A stretch of 64,000 nucleotides of DNA, from NCBI GenBank assembly GCA_015680685.1, contig MNCI01000596.1, forward strand, positions 748,612 to 812,611, given 5' to 3'. Origin of the DNA: Gnetum montanum (lineage: Eukaryota; Plantae; Gnetophyta). Positions 11,920 to 23,124 of the stretch are shown in pieces. Position 1 is the first letter of the stretch. Every line of letters starts with the position of its first letter. The position numbers were made by a program, and so were the translations under genes. The notes beneath the pieces were generated by a model. It searched no databases and had not been told where the DNA came from. It worked only from the letters and a program-made list of their open reading frames with translations.

Positions 11920-14900
11920 TTTCAATTCTCAACCTTTTGAAAGATGAGATCCATTTGCATTCATTACTCTGCCATCTCCTATAAGAGTCCCATATTGTTG
12001 TGGATGGCATTCTAGTAGTGAGCCCACATGATCTCTTTGGTATGCAAGTTCTCTGAGTTGTCCACTTGGGTCTCCATAAAGGCCTTGTGTTTGTGGAGTT
12101 CCTTGATAGTCATAGCTTGCCACTAGATCTCCTCCCTCAAAACTAGAAGTTGCTCCCATAGGGATTCATTAAACCTCTCCATCTTCAATGTAGTTTTTGC
12201 ACATGAAATTGCAAGAATAGTCATAGTTTCATACAACTTCAAGGGTACACTCTATATATTAAAGGGAAGCTTCGATAAGGAGTTGAACTCCATATCTCAG
12301 CAAGGGTCCCACTATACTGATAGCACTACAAGAAACACATAATCATAAAATATAATCATGAGCATTGTTCAAAACCTAATATAGTCATAACATAAACATA
12401 ACCTATAACATAGAAAAACAACTACGGCATAGGAAACAGAGTTCTTACCTATCTCAAGTGTAACTTGTTCCAACTGGTTGATGATGTCCTTTGCCATCCT
12501 ATGCATGAACTCCATCTTGTTTGGGACCTCATCCCATGGTTTCACATGAAGCATAGGGGCAAGGGCCTTCACTAGTGGCTCAGGAGCTACTACAAGCATA
12601 ACAATCATTAGAAGGTTAGAATGAAAACCAAACTTAAAATCATAGAATATAACTAGAAGCGTTAAGACATGTGCATACTTAGCTCCTCTTCCTCCTTTAG
12701 GATGACAATGAGGGATGCACTTGGCGCTACCTCACTAGATAAGGCATCTACATCATTTAGATCTATGTTGGCTAATGCTTTAGCCTCATGCTATTGTAGG
12801 AGCACCTCCTCTACACACCTTCCTCTGCTGCAATGGCTACATGTCTTTATGCTTCATCATTCGCAATATCTTGGGCTACCATGTCCCAATTCTTATCTAC
12901 CACCATAGCACATAAAAATAATTGATTAGTATGTAAAACCATAACATGGCCATAAGTCTTAAAATGTAGAATAATCAAAACATAGATAAAAATTACCTAT
13001 GACTACATGATGTGATGTTTCAAGCTTAAACTTGAGCTTCTTTTAGGTATGTTTCTTTGATGTTGGTGGTGCTTCCTCTATGAGCTATTTGAGCCTAGCC
13101 TTGGCTGCCTCATCAGCCTTAGTATGTAAGCTTTGGGCCATCAGGATGTTCATTGAAACTATCAAGGGCTTCTCCCCCATGTTGTTAGGGGATTCACACC
13201 ACCTACCACCAAGATCCTTAGTGGTAATAAATAGTGACTCATCCATCTCATCTGGTGGGTTTTGGACTTGCATGGTTGGATAAATGTGCTTTATCCAAGT
13301 CCTAGAAAGCTAGGTTGGGTCTTGGGCTATCCATCACCCATTCCTCCACACCATTAAGAACTTTACAAACCTCTTTAAATAACATACAAATAATTGATAA
13401 TGCATGTGGATGTGGATAGAGGTATAGCCCAATTGCCAAGGAAGTCATCTAATTGAATTTGGTATTCTCTATTAGCACCTTCTTAATGGTCCACCCCTAT
13501 GCAATACCGATTACCTTCTTTTGTGATAATAGCTTAGGAAAAGCATGAGATCTAAATAAAGGATATGATGCCTGTGCTTTAGGACTTGTCAAACTATCCA
13601 TAGAAAGCCTAGAGTGGCCCTTACTAGCACCAGAACACTCCAAAATTTTCTCATGATGGCTTGCTTCCTTCACTATTTTGGTGGAAAATTTTGTTCCATT
13701 AGTGGAAACACCAAACAAGTTACAAATGGTGGCCTTATTGATGGGTATGGTAATTACAACACCTCAAATTTTGGTGTTGAAATGATTGGCTCTTGCATCA
13801 AAGGAGTCAATGACATTTAGAATCTCTATGATGAGGATGGAAGGAATAGGTGCCATGAATACATCAAGCAAACTTGCATGCTTAATGTTTGCTTGAATGT
13901 ATGTAGATGCATGTCCCCTCAATTACTCCTATGCTAGTATCACCTCATCAAATTTTAGGATGAGGGTATCCTCATGATGTCCTGAAATTGACAAGGTAAC
14001 GTCGGTAGAGGTGGAAGGTCTTGAAAAGTGTTAGGCCTCGATGTAGGCATGTCTAACAACTAGTAAAATACTTAAAACATTAGTAACCATAAAAACATTA
14101 GCCATTACAATCCATGTATTTACCTTTCTTCTTCTTGCTCAATGTGGTTTATGTAGAAGTCCCAACAATAAAGGTTTGATCCTAGGTGCTCTTGGAGTCC
14201 ATCCACTAGCTATGCATTGTCTTGTTGACCATGAAATTCTTGTAGATAGGGTTGAAATCCTTATTGTATCTATCAAAGTCCCCTCTTAACTATCACATGC
14301 AATAGTTCTCATCTTGCAACCCTTGGTAAATAAACCTAAAGTAGTTTAAGCCACCACCAAGGTTTGATTATTAGTGATCAAGCCATGATCATTAATCCTA
14401 TACCTACAAGAATTTCATAAAACTAACAAGTTAGGAAAGGTAACTTAACTAAATAAAGTCAAAAATATCAAAACACTATAATAACGATGCTTACCCTTGT
14501 AGATGGCACACAGTGCTAGGTGGGTTTTGAAATAACATGTGGTCTCTCTACATCATCATCAAAGTATTATCAACATTATACTTACGATACTTTGGAATAT
14601 TCCAAATCTTCACAAGGTATTGTTTGTTGATGAGGTCTATTACCTCCCCTACTACATGAGGTGACAAATCATCAATTATGAACTTGGCAATCAGACTAGA
14701 TGCCCAAGGGATCAATGTCTCCACTATGACCCCAACCACATCTATAGCCAAGTGTGATCACAACATCATAATAAGGTTCTATAGGATGTAGGCAAGGAAT
14801 TCCCTTGTCCCTAGTTGAAACCACAAGGAGCCCCTCTCTAGGATCATGTCAAGTAAAGGGGTATTTTCATTGGGTTGGCTGATACAACATAGGATGCGAA

Positions 14901-16800
14901 CCAACTCAACCATAATGGGTATGGATTTTAATAGGACCCTACATGGGGAAAAAAACACTATTAGAATCATGTCTCAACACTTAGGATTTCTTAATCAATT
15001 TTACAAAACATCCTAGTTAGTGATGAAATTATCCTCCACAAAAACCTTTAAGGTGCTTGTTAAAATTCATTAAGAATCTCAACAACAATTTCATTACAAC
15101 CCCTGTAGCCTTCACGAATTATGGCCAAAATCATGCCTTAATCCAAAAACATATTAAAAATAATAAATAATAAATAAATAGTATTAAAACCTAGGAGATG
15201 GCCAAATAGGAAAAAGTTTGCTAAAAATAGTAAAATTTTTATTTCTCATGAAATCAAAGTTAAAGCATAGTAACTATCCTTATACATCTCCAAGAGCATG
15301 GGACACTAGGAACAAAAATTTCTAAGCATGTCCATGCTGCCCATCTCCAACGGGTAAATTGTTACAACCAAGAAAAACCTTTACATACATGACTATATAG
15401 GAAAATTTGTCAAAAATTAACTATAGCTCTGAATTCAATGATTCCACCATTGTTGGAATCCTATTATGAGCTACACAACCATACTAGAAACTTTGAAGAT
15501 TCTTAAAGATTTTGATAGAAAATAGAGCAAACCAAATAGTAACTTGACCATCAAAGAAAAAGCCCTAAATCATGTGACCATAGTAAATAATTCATTAAAA
15601 ATTTGTTTTAACTTTGATTTTAGTGATTCCACCATGAAAAGAATCTTGAAATCATGAGCTACATAGACATAACCAAGACAAACAAAAAAGCTAGCCATTT
15701 TAGCAAAAAATACAAAATACTGAGTAGTAACCTAGCCATTAATGAAAACCCATTTTTGCACAAGTTTAAAGAAAAATTCATAAAAACTTCTTTCTAACCT
15801 TAAATAGAGTGATTACACATTTTTTGGAAAGCCTAAGCCAACATCTATGCAACAATAACTAAAACATAGCCAAAACCCTTACCATTTCTTTGGAAAAAAT
15901 TTCATAAAGTTGCATGAAAATTTGAAAATGACACAAGTCCTAACTACACAACCTAACTAAAATAGCCATAACTTTGTCATTACAACTCCAAATTAAGAAA
16001 GAACATAGCCATTAAAAAATGTAAACATAATAGTAAAAGCCCATAATGTTAGATTACAACAATATTTAGCTGTTTTCATTATAAAAAATTCATAACTTTG
16101 CTTGCCTTTTTCACCAAGGAAAACATTAAAAAAATAATAAAATTCATAAATCCTAATTTAATTTTTCTATGAATTAAATTAAAAATAGCCAAAAGAAATT
16201 TAAACCAATGTTAAAACTATCAAAATAGGGGATGCAATTTTTTTGAAATTTAATTTTGACAAATATTAAGGCCTAGATTTGATAAAAGCAACTCCATCCC
16301 GAAATTGATGGAAAAGCACATGAAAACAAGAAACCTAATTTTAAAATTGAATCTACCAAAGATTGAATAACAAAATGACCTTAGATATATGTAGAAATAT
16401 CAAAAATATGAGGTTGATGTTTGTCAAAATTTTATTCTGCCCACTTCCTCAGCCTAGATTTGACAAAAACGATCCAATCCTAGCTAGGAAGACTATGAAA
16501 AATGGCTAGGAAACTAAAGAAAATAGCTAGAGTTGGCCCACCTTGGAGTGAGTGAGGAGGATTTTTGGATTGAAACAAGCCTAGGTAGTTAGAAGATATT
16601 CTATTTAGTCTAATCTTCCTTTTAGATCCGTTTGTTTCTACTATTTCCTCCATGATGCTTCATCTTTTCTTCACTAAGGTTGAAAAGATGAGAAATATGG
16701 AAGGATTGAAGTATCTATGCTAGCTAGGAAGAAGATATGTGCTTCCACATTAAGAATGAGAAGTGTTGTGTAGCTAAAACCTCTGCTAGAACTTCCCTCC
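11920..16800 (-). pseudogene. Antisense multi-exon accessory gene inside the Tat element (PMD/Transposase_32-like central domain)
   Basis: Coding-like blocks are separated by short T-rich GT..AG introns on the minus strand: ~14495-14404, ~14123-14060, ~12997-12897, ~12680-12591, ~12448-12326. A probable long first intron runs ~16540-14939. The central exon reads VIDSFDARANHFNTKI*GVVITIPINKATICNLFGVSTNG. Paralogous exons lie on the plus strand at 35408-35788 and 40004-41083. Confidence 0.65.
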
Positions 16801-18645
16801 AATGTTCTATGGGTTGAATGAGAGTTGTAGTATGTGTTTAAAACAAATTTGACCTTAAAAACTAGATTAAAACCTAAACACCTACTCTCATATCCCTATT
16901 GCCAATTTTGTAAGCTAGAACTCAAAGTGCACTAAAATGTAAGGGGAGAAAAGTATTTTCTACACTTGGAATGGTGGGAGAAAAACACTAAGGTCAAAGT
17001 TTTGAATTTTTTGTGGTGGATCCCACCATATTCCTCCCATGCAAGGTGTGAAAATGTTAAATACGCTGAATTTTCCATCCCTTAGAACCCATATGACCTT
17101 GATACAACCAATCCAACCCCATATCCACACTTTGTAACATGGATCCATCATGGATACCAACCTCCATTTTCTTACAACACTTCCACACTAACTCCCTTGC
17201 CATTTTTGGTAGCTGTGAGGTACCTCATCTAACTTTGGGCTTCAAAAGAGGGTTAAATCTTGTTAAAACCTAACATTTTTGGCTTCCATGATAAGGCAAC
17301 ACTACTTAGAGTGGAGCTAAAGGGGGTAACACCCATACTTGCCCTCCCAATGCCCATCTAACCTAAATCTAATCCTTCAAGTGGGCCATCATGACCTAGG
17401 ACCCTCCTAGTCACCCCTAGTAGCCCTGAAGCCTCACTAAATCTAGTTGAAAGTGCTTAAAACCTTTATATTTGATAGATTCATGCTTAGGAAGGCCTCA
17501 TCCACACTAGGAAGCATGGATCTAGCATGGATGGATGGGGAGATGACAAAAACTACTAAAATCGACCACCTAGTTACCTTTTTAAGACTCTAAGACCCTT
17601 TGGTAGCTTCCAAAAGCTTAGAATGATAAAAAATAACTAAATTTTTTATTTCAAAACTTCTCTGTAGTGGTGAATCCCTCCTCCATGCTGGCTAGCATGG
17701 AGCTAGCATGGAAGCCCAGGGAGTATGCAATAAAACCTAAATTATGATCAAAATAGAAACATAACCTACCCTAGTAACCTTTAGACCTAGTTGAAGCCTT
17801 CCAGAACTATTAGACATCCCAAAATTGATCAAAATTGGTAAAATCCATCATTCCCTTACCATCCATGCTAGGGCCACCATACCTACTATGGGGAAAGGGG
17901 ATGATGATTTCATGGATACCTTGAAGCCTTTAAATTAATGAATTTTAGCATTGAATCCTAGCCCTCAATCCCTATAGCCTTGCCAACTTTGAAACCCTAT
18001 CAAATCTTGCCAAAAGTGGCCAAAAGCTTAGGTTCAAGTGAATCCATTGTAAGGGGTATCTTATCCATACTGATCATCCTAGCCTTAGCATGAATAAAAG
18101 GGAGCAAAGATAAAACTTATGGCAGCAAACCAACCCTTTTGGAAGCCACCAAACTTCTAGAAGTTAACCAAAATAGCTTAAAATTATTCCCTTGGAGTCT
18201 CCATATTGGGAAGGATCCTATCCATGCTAGGCAGTGTGGATCCAACATGGAATTAGATGAGTAAGCCTAAGAACCATCTAAAAGCCCTTGAAATTACTAA
18301 ATTTTGATCCTAGGCTTTAACCATTAACACCAACAACTTGGAGACACACATGCATGAAAAAAACTAAAAAAAATAGTAAAAAATAGGCTTCCTTAGATCT
18401 TCCACATTGAGGGTCACTCCTACCATTCTAGCCAACATGGATCTAGTGTGGAAGCTAGGGGGTAACATGAAAAACCACTTAAAGACCCTCAAAATTGCTT
18501 AATTTGGGCACCAAACCCAATCCTTTGACCTTGACAACTCTAGGAGCTAACATGCATCATTGATTGTGGTTAAAACTAGCCTAGGTATAAGATTTTTTAT
18601 CTATCCACACTAGGGAAGGTCTCTTCCATGCTGGGTAGTGTAGAT

Positions 18646-19430
18646 CAAACTTGGAGGAGCTGCTTTTCCACTGTTGATAACAAATTGACACTCCCAGAGA
18701 TCAAAAACCTATGCCAATACCTCTGAGCTAATGATATTATGGATTGCAATGATACAATTCCAAGGACAGAGGATAACGATGATGCTCTCAACAATGTTGA
18801 AGAATATCTTCTTCTATGGCTGTGTAGATGTCTTGATACCAAGCATGCACCCATGGATTTTGATAATCCAGATGATAGTAGAAAGTAGATGCTAGGAAAT
18901 ATGCTAGAGAATCAGTTTCTTTATGCAACAAATGCCATGTAAGGGATTGGATTCTTGTAAAATAATGCAAGCCACCATGTTCTTCTATTTGGATTGATCT
19001 AATGACATTTTGAGGGAAGCCATCAGGGAAATGTCTTGGAGTACAACCATATCGTTGCCACCATGGTAAAAAGGATTGAGTTACTTGACAACTAGGGTCA
19101 AAAATAATATGGTACACATGGAAGGCATTGGGTTGATACATTGGCTAGTCATGAAGGAAATCAGGAAAGGTAACCTCAAAATCTAAATTTCTAAAATTTA
19201 CCATAGTTTTTAGGGCTACTTTCTTCCAGGCATTATTTTGACAGATACCATAGGATGAACGGGTTACACTAGTCCATACCTGAAGGTTTTTATTTATTTC
19301 ATAGAATTGATTCCATTCAAATACATGATCTGATTTGTATCGCTCCATTTCATTATTCTATAAATACTGATTAGTTATATTCACACCACGTAATCTTCTA
19401 GTATGTCTTCTTTGCCATCCTTCTTGATAT
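18646..19430 (-). pseudogene. Caulimovirid post-RNase H ORF/domain of unknown function
   Basis: Reads ...FHVYHIIFDP...SFLPWWQRYG. The FxxWWxxxG motif recalls Florendovirus ORF2. Broken by stops and truncated at the junction. Confidence 0.55.
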
Positions 19431-19466
19431 AAAAGCTCTGTACATGCTTAAACACACATTAGAAAT

Positions 19467-19860
19467 TCACAAATGAAATTCTTTGGTAAGATAATCTGCT
19501 AATGAATTTTTCTTACCATCTATAAACTGACTTTCAAAATTAAAATTTGCTAAAAAGAGACTCCAACGTATAAGTCTAGTGTGGGCTACTTTATTAAGAT
19601 TCTTCACTTGGAGATACTTATCAAAATGCTTTAGATCACTCCTTATGATGAAATGAGTTTCTTGTAGGAATAATCTAAACTTTTCTACACCTTTTATTAT
19701 AGCTAATAACTCTTTATGGGTGCTATTGTAATTTCTTTCTGCTGGGTTAAATTTACCACTAGCGTATCTGCATATGTATATAATACCATCCAAATATTCC
19801 TTTAAGACACATCCCTAAAATTCATATGATGCATCACATTCTAGGATGAGTTTACTTGTT
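19467..19860 (-). pseudogene. Caulimovirid RNase H
   Basis: LILECDAS...ICRYASGKFNPAERNYNSTHKELLAI...FIIRSD...RLIRW...GKKNSLADYLTKEF. Confidence 0.9.
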
Positions 19861-19886
19861 GTTGGTAATTTTAACTGAGGGAGATT

Positions 19887-20849
19887 CTAGCACTGTTCTT
19901 TTATTCTCTTGACTGCTTGGGTATGTTGGATGGTCCAACTTCCTACATCTTTTGTTAGCATTTGATTTAATAATTTTCTATCTTGAGCTAACTTTACATA
20001 AAATCCTAAGATATAATTAATGCAACCTAAAAAGCATTGTAATTGCTTTTTATCTTTTATCTCATCAGGAAAGTTTTGTATTTGTGTCAAGGTATGGTCT
20101 TGCAGATGTATTCTACCATGAGTTATTATCATTCCAAGGAATTTCATAGTTTCCACACCAATTTCTATTTTTTTCTTGGAAGGAGACAATACTAAACCAT
20201 TATCATAAACTGTATGATAAAACTGTTCTAAATGTTGTAAATGTTGTTAAGCATTTTTAGATAACATCAATATATCATAAATATATACTAAAATAAAACT
20301 ATATTGTCTAAATATTTTATCCATGGCTTGTTGAAATATTGATGGTGCTATTTTAATACCAAATGGAAGTACATTCCATTGATACAAACTACCAGGTACA
20401 GTAAAGGTTGTCTTCCACCTATCTTCTGGAACTATTTGGATATGCCAAAATCCTGATTTTAAATCAAACTTGGAATAAATATGAGTATTTTTGAGTCTTT
20501 GAAAAAGATCATCTTTCGAGGGTATTGGATGTTGGACAGGTTTAATGATTTTATTTAAAGGTTTATAATTTATGACCAATCTCTTTTTGCCTCTTGTTAA
20601 CTTTGCTCTCTTATTGACATAAAAGGTAGCACAGGAAAACATACTTGTACTAGGCATAATAAATCCTTTATCCAGTAAATCTTTAATTTCTTTTTCACAC
20701 TCTTGTCGTAACTCAGGACTCATTCCAATATGATGTGCCTTTGTCTTAATTTTCACATTATCGATTAAATCTATGTGGCACCAATGTTCCTTTTGATGTC
20801 TAAATGCAACAGGAGTTTCACTGGCAATGGTTAAAAGATTTTGTTTCAT
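19887..20849 (-). pseudogene. Caulimovirid reverse transcriptase
   Basis: ORFs 20247..20849 and 19887..20189. Catalytic YIDD is mutated to YIYD. Internal stop. Confidence 0.92.
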
Positions 20850-20862
20850 TTTTCCAAATTCC

Positions 20863-21339
20863 TCAAATTTGTGTTATTTGATGGATTACCCATGTCGTTG
20901 GTTTGATAGGTTTGACTTCTTCATAACATTTAAATCTTGTCATAGGATAAAATATTCTTTTATATTCATATTTTTGTAGTATGACTTTATCCTTAGTAAT
21001 TTGATAAGGCTCTAATAATTTTAAATTATCTACGCCTATCAACATAAAATAATCTAGGTAATCTATCAGATGGACAGTAAAATAGATAATATTACCTAGA
21101 GGTGTTTGTATAGGTAATGATGTATTTTTACTAATATTTTTATCTACTTTATCAAATCTAACTAAAAAAGGTTTTGTTTCTTTCCACCGATAAGATGTAA
21201 CTATACTAGATTTAGCTACAGATACTTCTGTGGCTGTGTCAATTAAGGTATCAATAGGATATGGTTTGTAATCATCTAATTTTATCCAAAAAGTACAAAT
21301 GGGTACAGCTAGAGGAGTTTTTTTATTACTATGAATCAT
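20863..21339 (-). pseudogene. Caulimovirid aspartic protease
   Basis: TLIDTATEVS (decayed DTGA motif) ... MLIGVD, immediately upstream of RT. Confidence 0.75.
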
Positions 21340-22092
21340 TAAAGGATGATTTATTTTTGTTTCTAATTCATAGATACATCTGTTATCAGATTCTTCCTCT
21401 AATTGTAAAGCTTCAATTTCATGTTGAGCCCATTTGATAAACTCTTGGAGCTAATTAATTCTTTGGGTTCTCCATATCGACTTATTGACACTTTCTGATA
21501 TTGTAGGTAAATAGATATCTTCCTCCTTTTGTTCTTTCTGTGGACTAGGAAGTTTCTCTATTTCCTGTTGTTTACCTTTTTCTTGTGATTGTTTATATCT
21601 TTCTAGCTCTTCCATTTCTTCTTCTATACTTTCTAAAGATTGGACTGGTTGAGCATCTAGAAAGCTATCTTGAGTTCTTAAGGCTTGTTTTAATTTTTTA
21701 TATTCATCTTTTTTATTTTTAAGTTGCGATTCTATATACATATACTTTGGTATATTTTCTAAGGGAGTATTATTTAATTTTTCTTTTAATTTTCCTACCT
21801 CAAGTTTGAGATCTTCTACTTCGTTTTCTAACTGAATGTCATATCTATTGGTTGTAGATGGGGAAGGAATTCTCGACATTCCATACAAACCTAAAGATGG
21901 AGGTGTTCGACTGCCAAATAAACCTCTAGATGTCAAAGCAGATTTTGATGACCTAGATGATCTGGCTCTATTCATATGCATTTCATAATAGTCCTCATCA
22001 TCATTAGGTTCTAAGACATCTAACGGAAAAGATGCAGAGCTATCCCTCGGACAAAAAGAAACGTTGCGTTCGAAATCACTAGGTTGATCTGA

Positions 22093-23124
22093 CTAAGAAG
22101 GAGAGTTAATATTGTAATCTTCCTGACTATGGTAAACAATATCCTTTTGTGGATCATATTGTATATTATCGTCAGAAAGATATTCATAAAATTGTTCATT
22201 CAAATTATATTTTTGGATGAAATGCATCTTTTTAGGATGCTTCTCCTTGTCTGGACATTGATTTGCAAAGTGAGAACCTTGGCATAAGTAACATTTTATG
22301 TCTTTACGTTTTAACTTATTTTTTTGTCTATGGAAATAACTAGGATATTTTCGAACATGCTTAGGTTGTTTCCTACACCATTGTTTTCCTGATGGATGTA
22401 TTCTACTTTTACCTTTATGTTTAGTTTGTTGTTTATGTTTGTCCTTATAATATTTTTCTTCCAGACATAGGTCTAAACATAAACTCTTCCCTAGTTTTTT
22501 AGACAAATCCTTCATTAAGGTTTGTGTCTATTCATTGTAACACATTTCTCTATTTATATCAAATAGGAATTGTCTGATTTGACCGAATGACATTTCACCT
22601 AGAATTAAATCCTATTTCTTTAATTCTACAAGGTATTTATTACAGAATGGTTGTGGCAAAGAACCAATCAAATGTTCTTTTGTGACAACTTCATGTGTTA
22701 ATTTACCTTGGTAATACCAAACTTCCATTTCGTTGAGATAGGATTGTAGCTCTTGTATTCTACTTAATATAGCTTTGAAAAAACTATTCCTATATACGGA
22801 TTCTAAATTAGTTTTAACTCCTAAAAATTCTTTTATAATAGAATTTAAAAATACTACAACTGGTGACATGGTTAATTTGTATTCTATTGCAGGAGGGAGA
22901 TTTGTCCACCATCATTGTATGATTCCTTGGAAGTTATATGTTTTAATCACTATGGCAAGATGTGGATCTTTTTCTTCTAAAAAGATTTGGGTGTCAAGAA
23001 ATGATTGGATTGCATCCACAACCTCTTGTCTTTCTTTTATATTTTTATTATCCATAGAAAAGGTAGGTTGATGTATACCGGCCTTTCTCATTTGTGTCAT
23101 TAATACTTCCATAGGTTTAACCAT
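22093..23124 (-). pseudogene. Caulimovirid coat protein with CCHC zinc knuckle
   Basis: A basic region followed by KCYLCQGSHFANQCP. Upstream IIKEFLG and LIGSLPQPF motifs. Split by stops and frameshifts. Confidence 0.8.
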
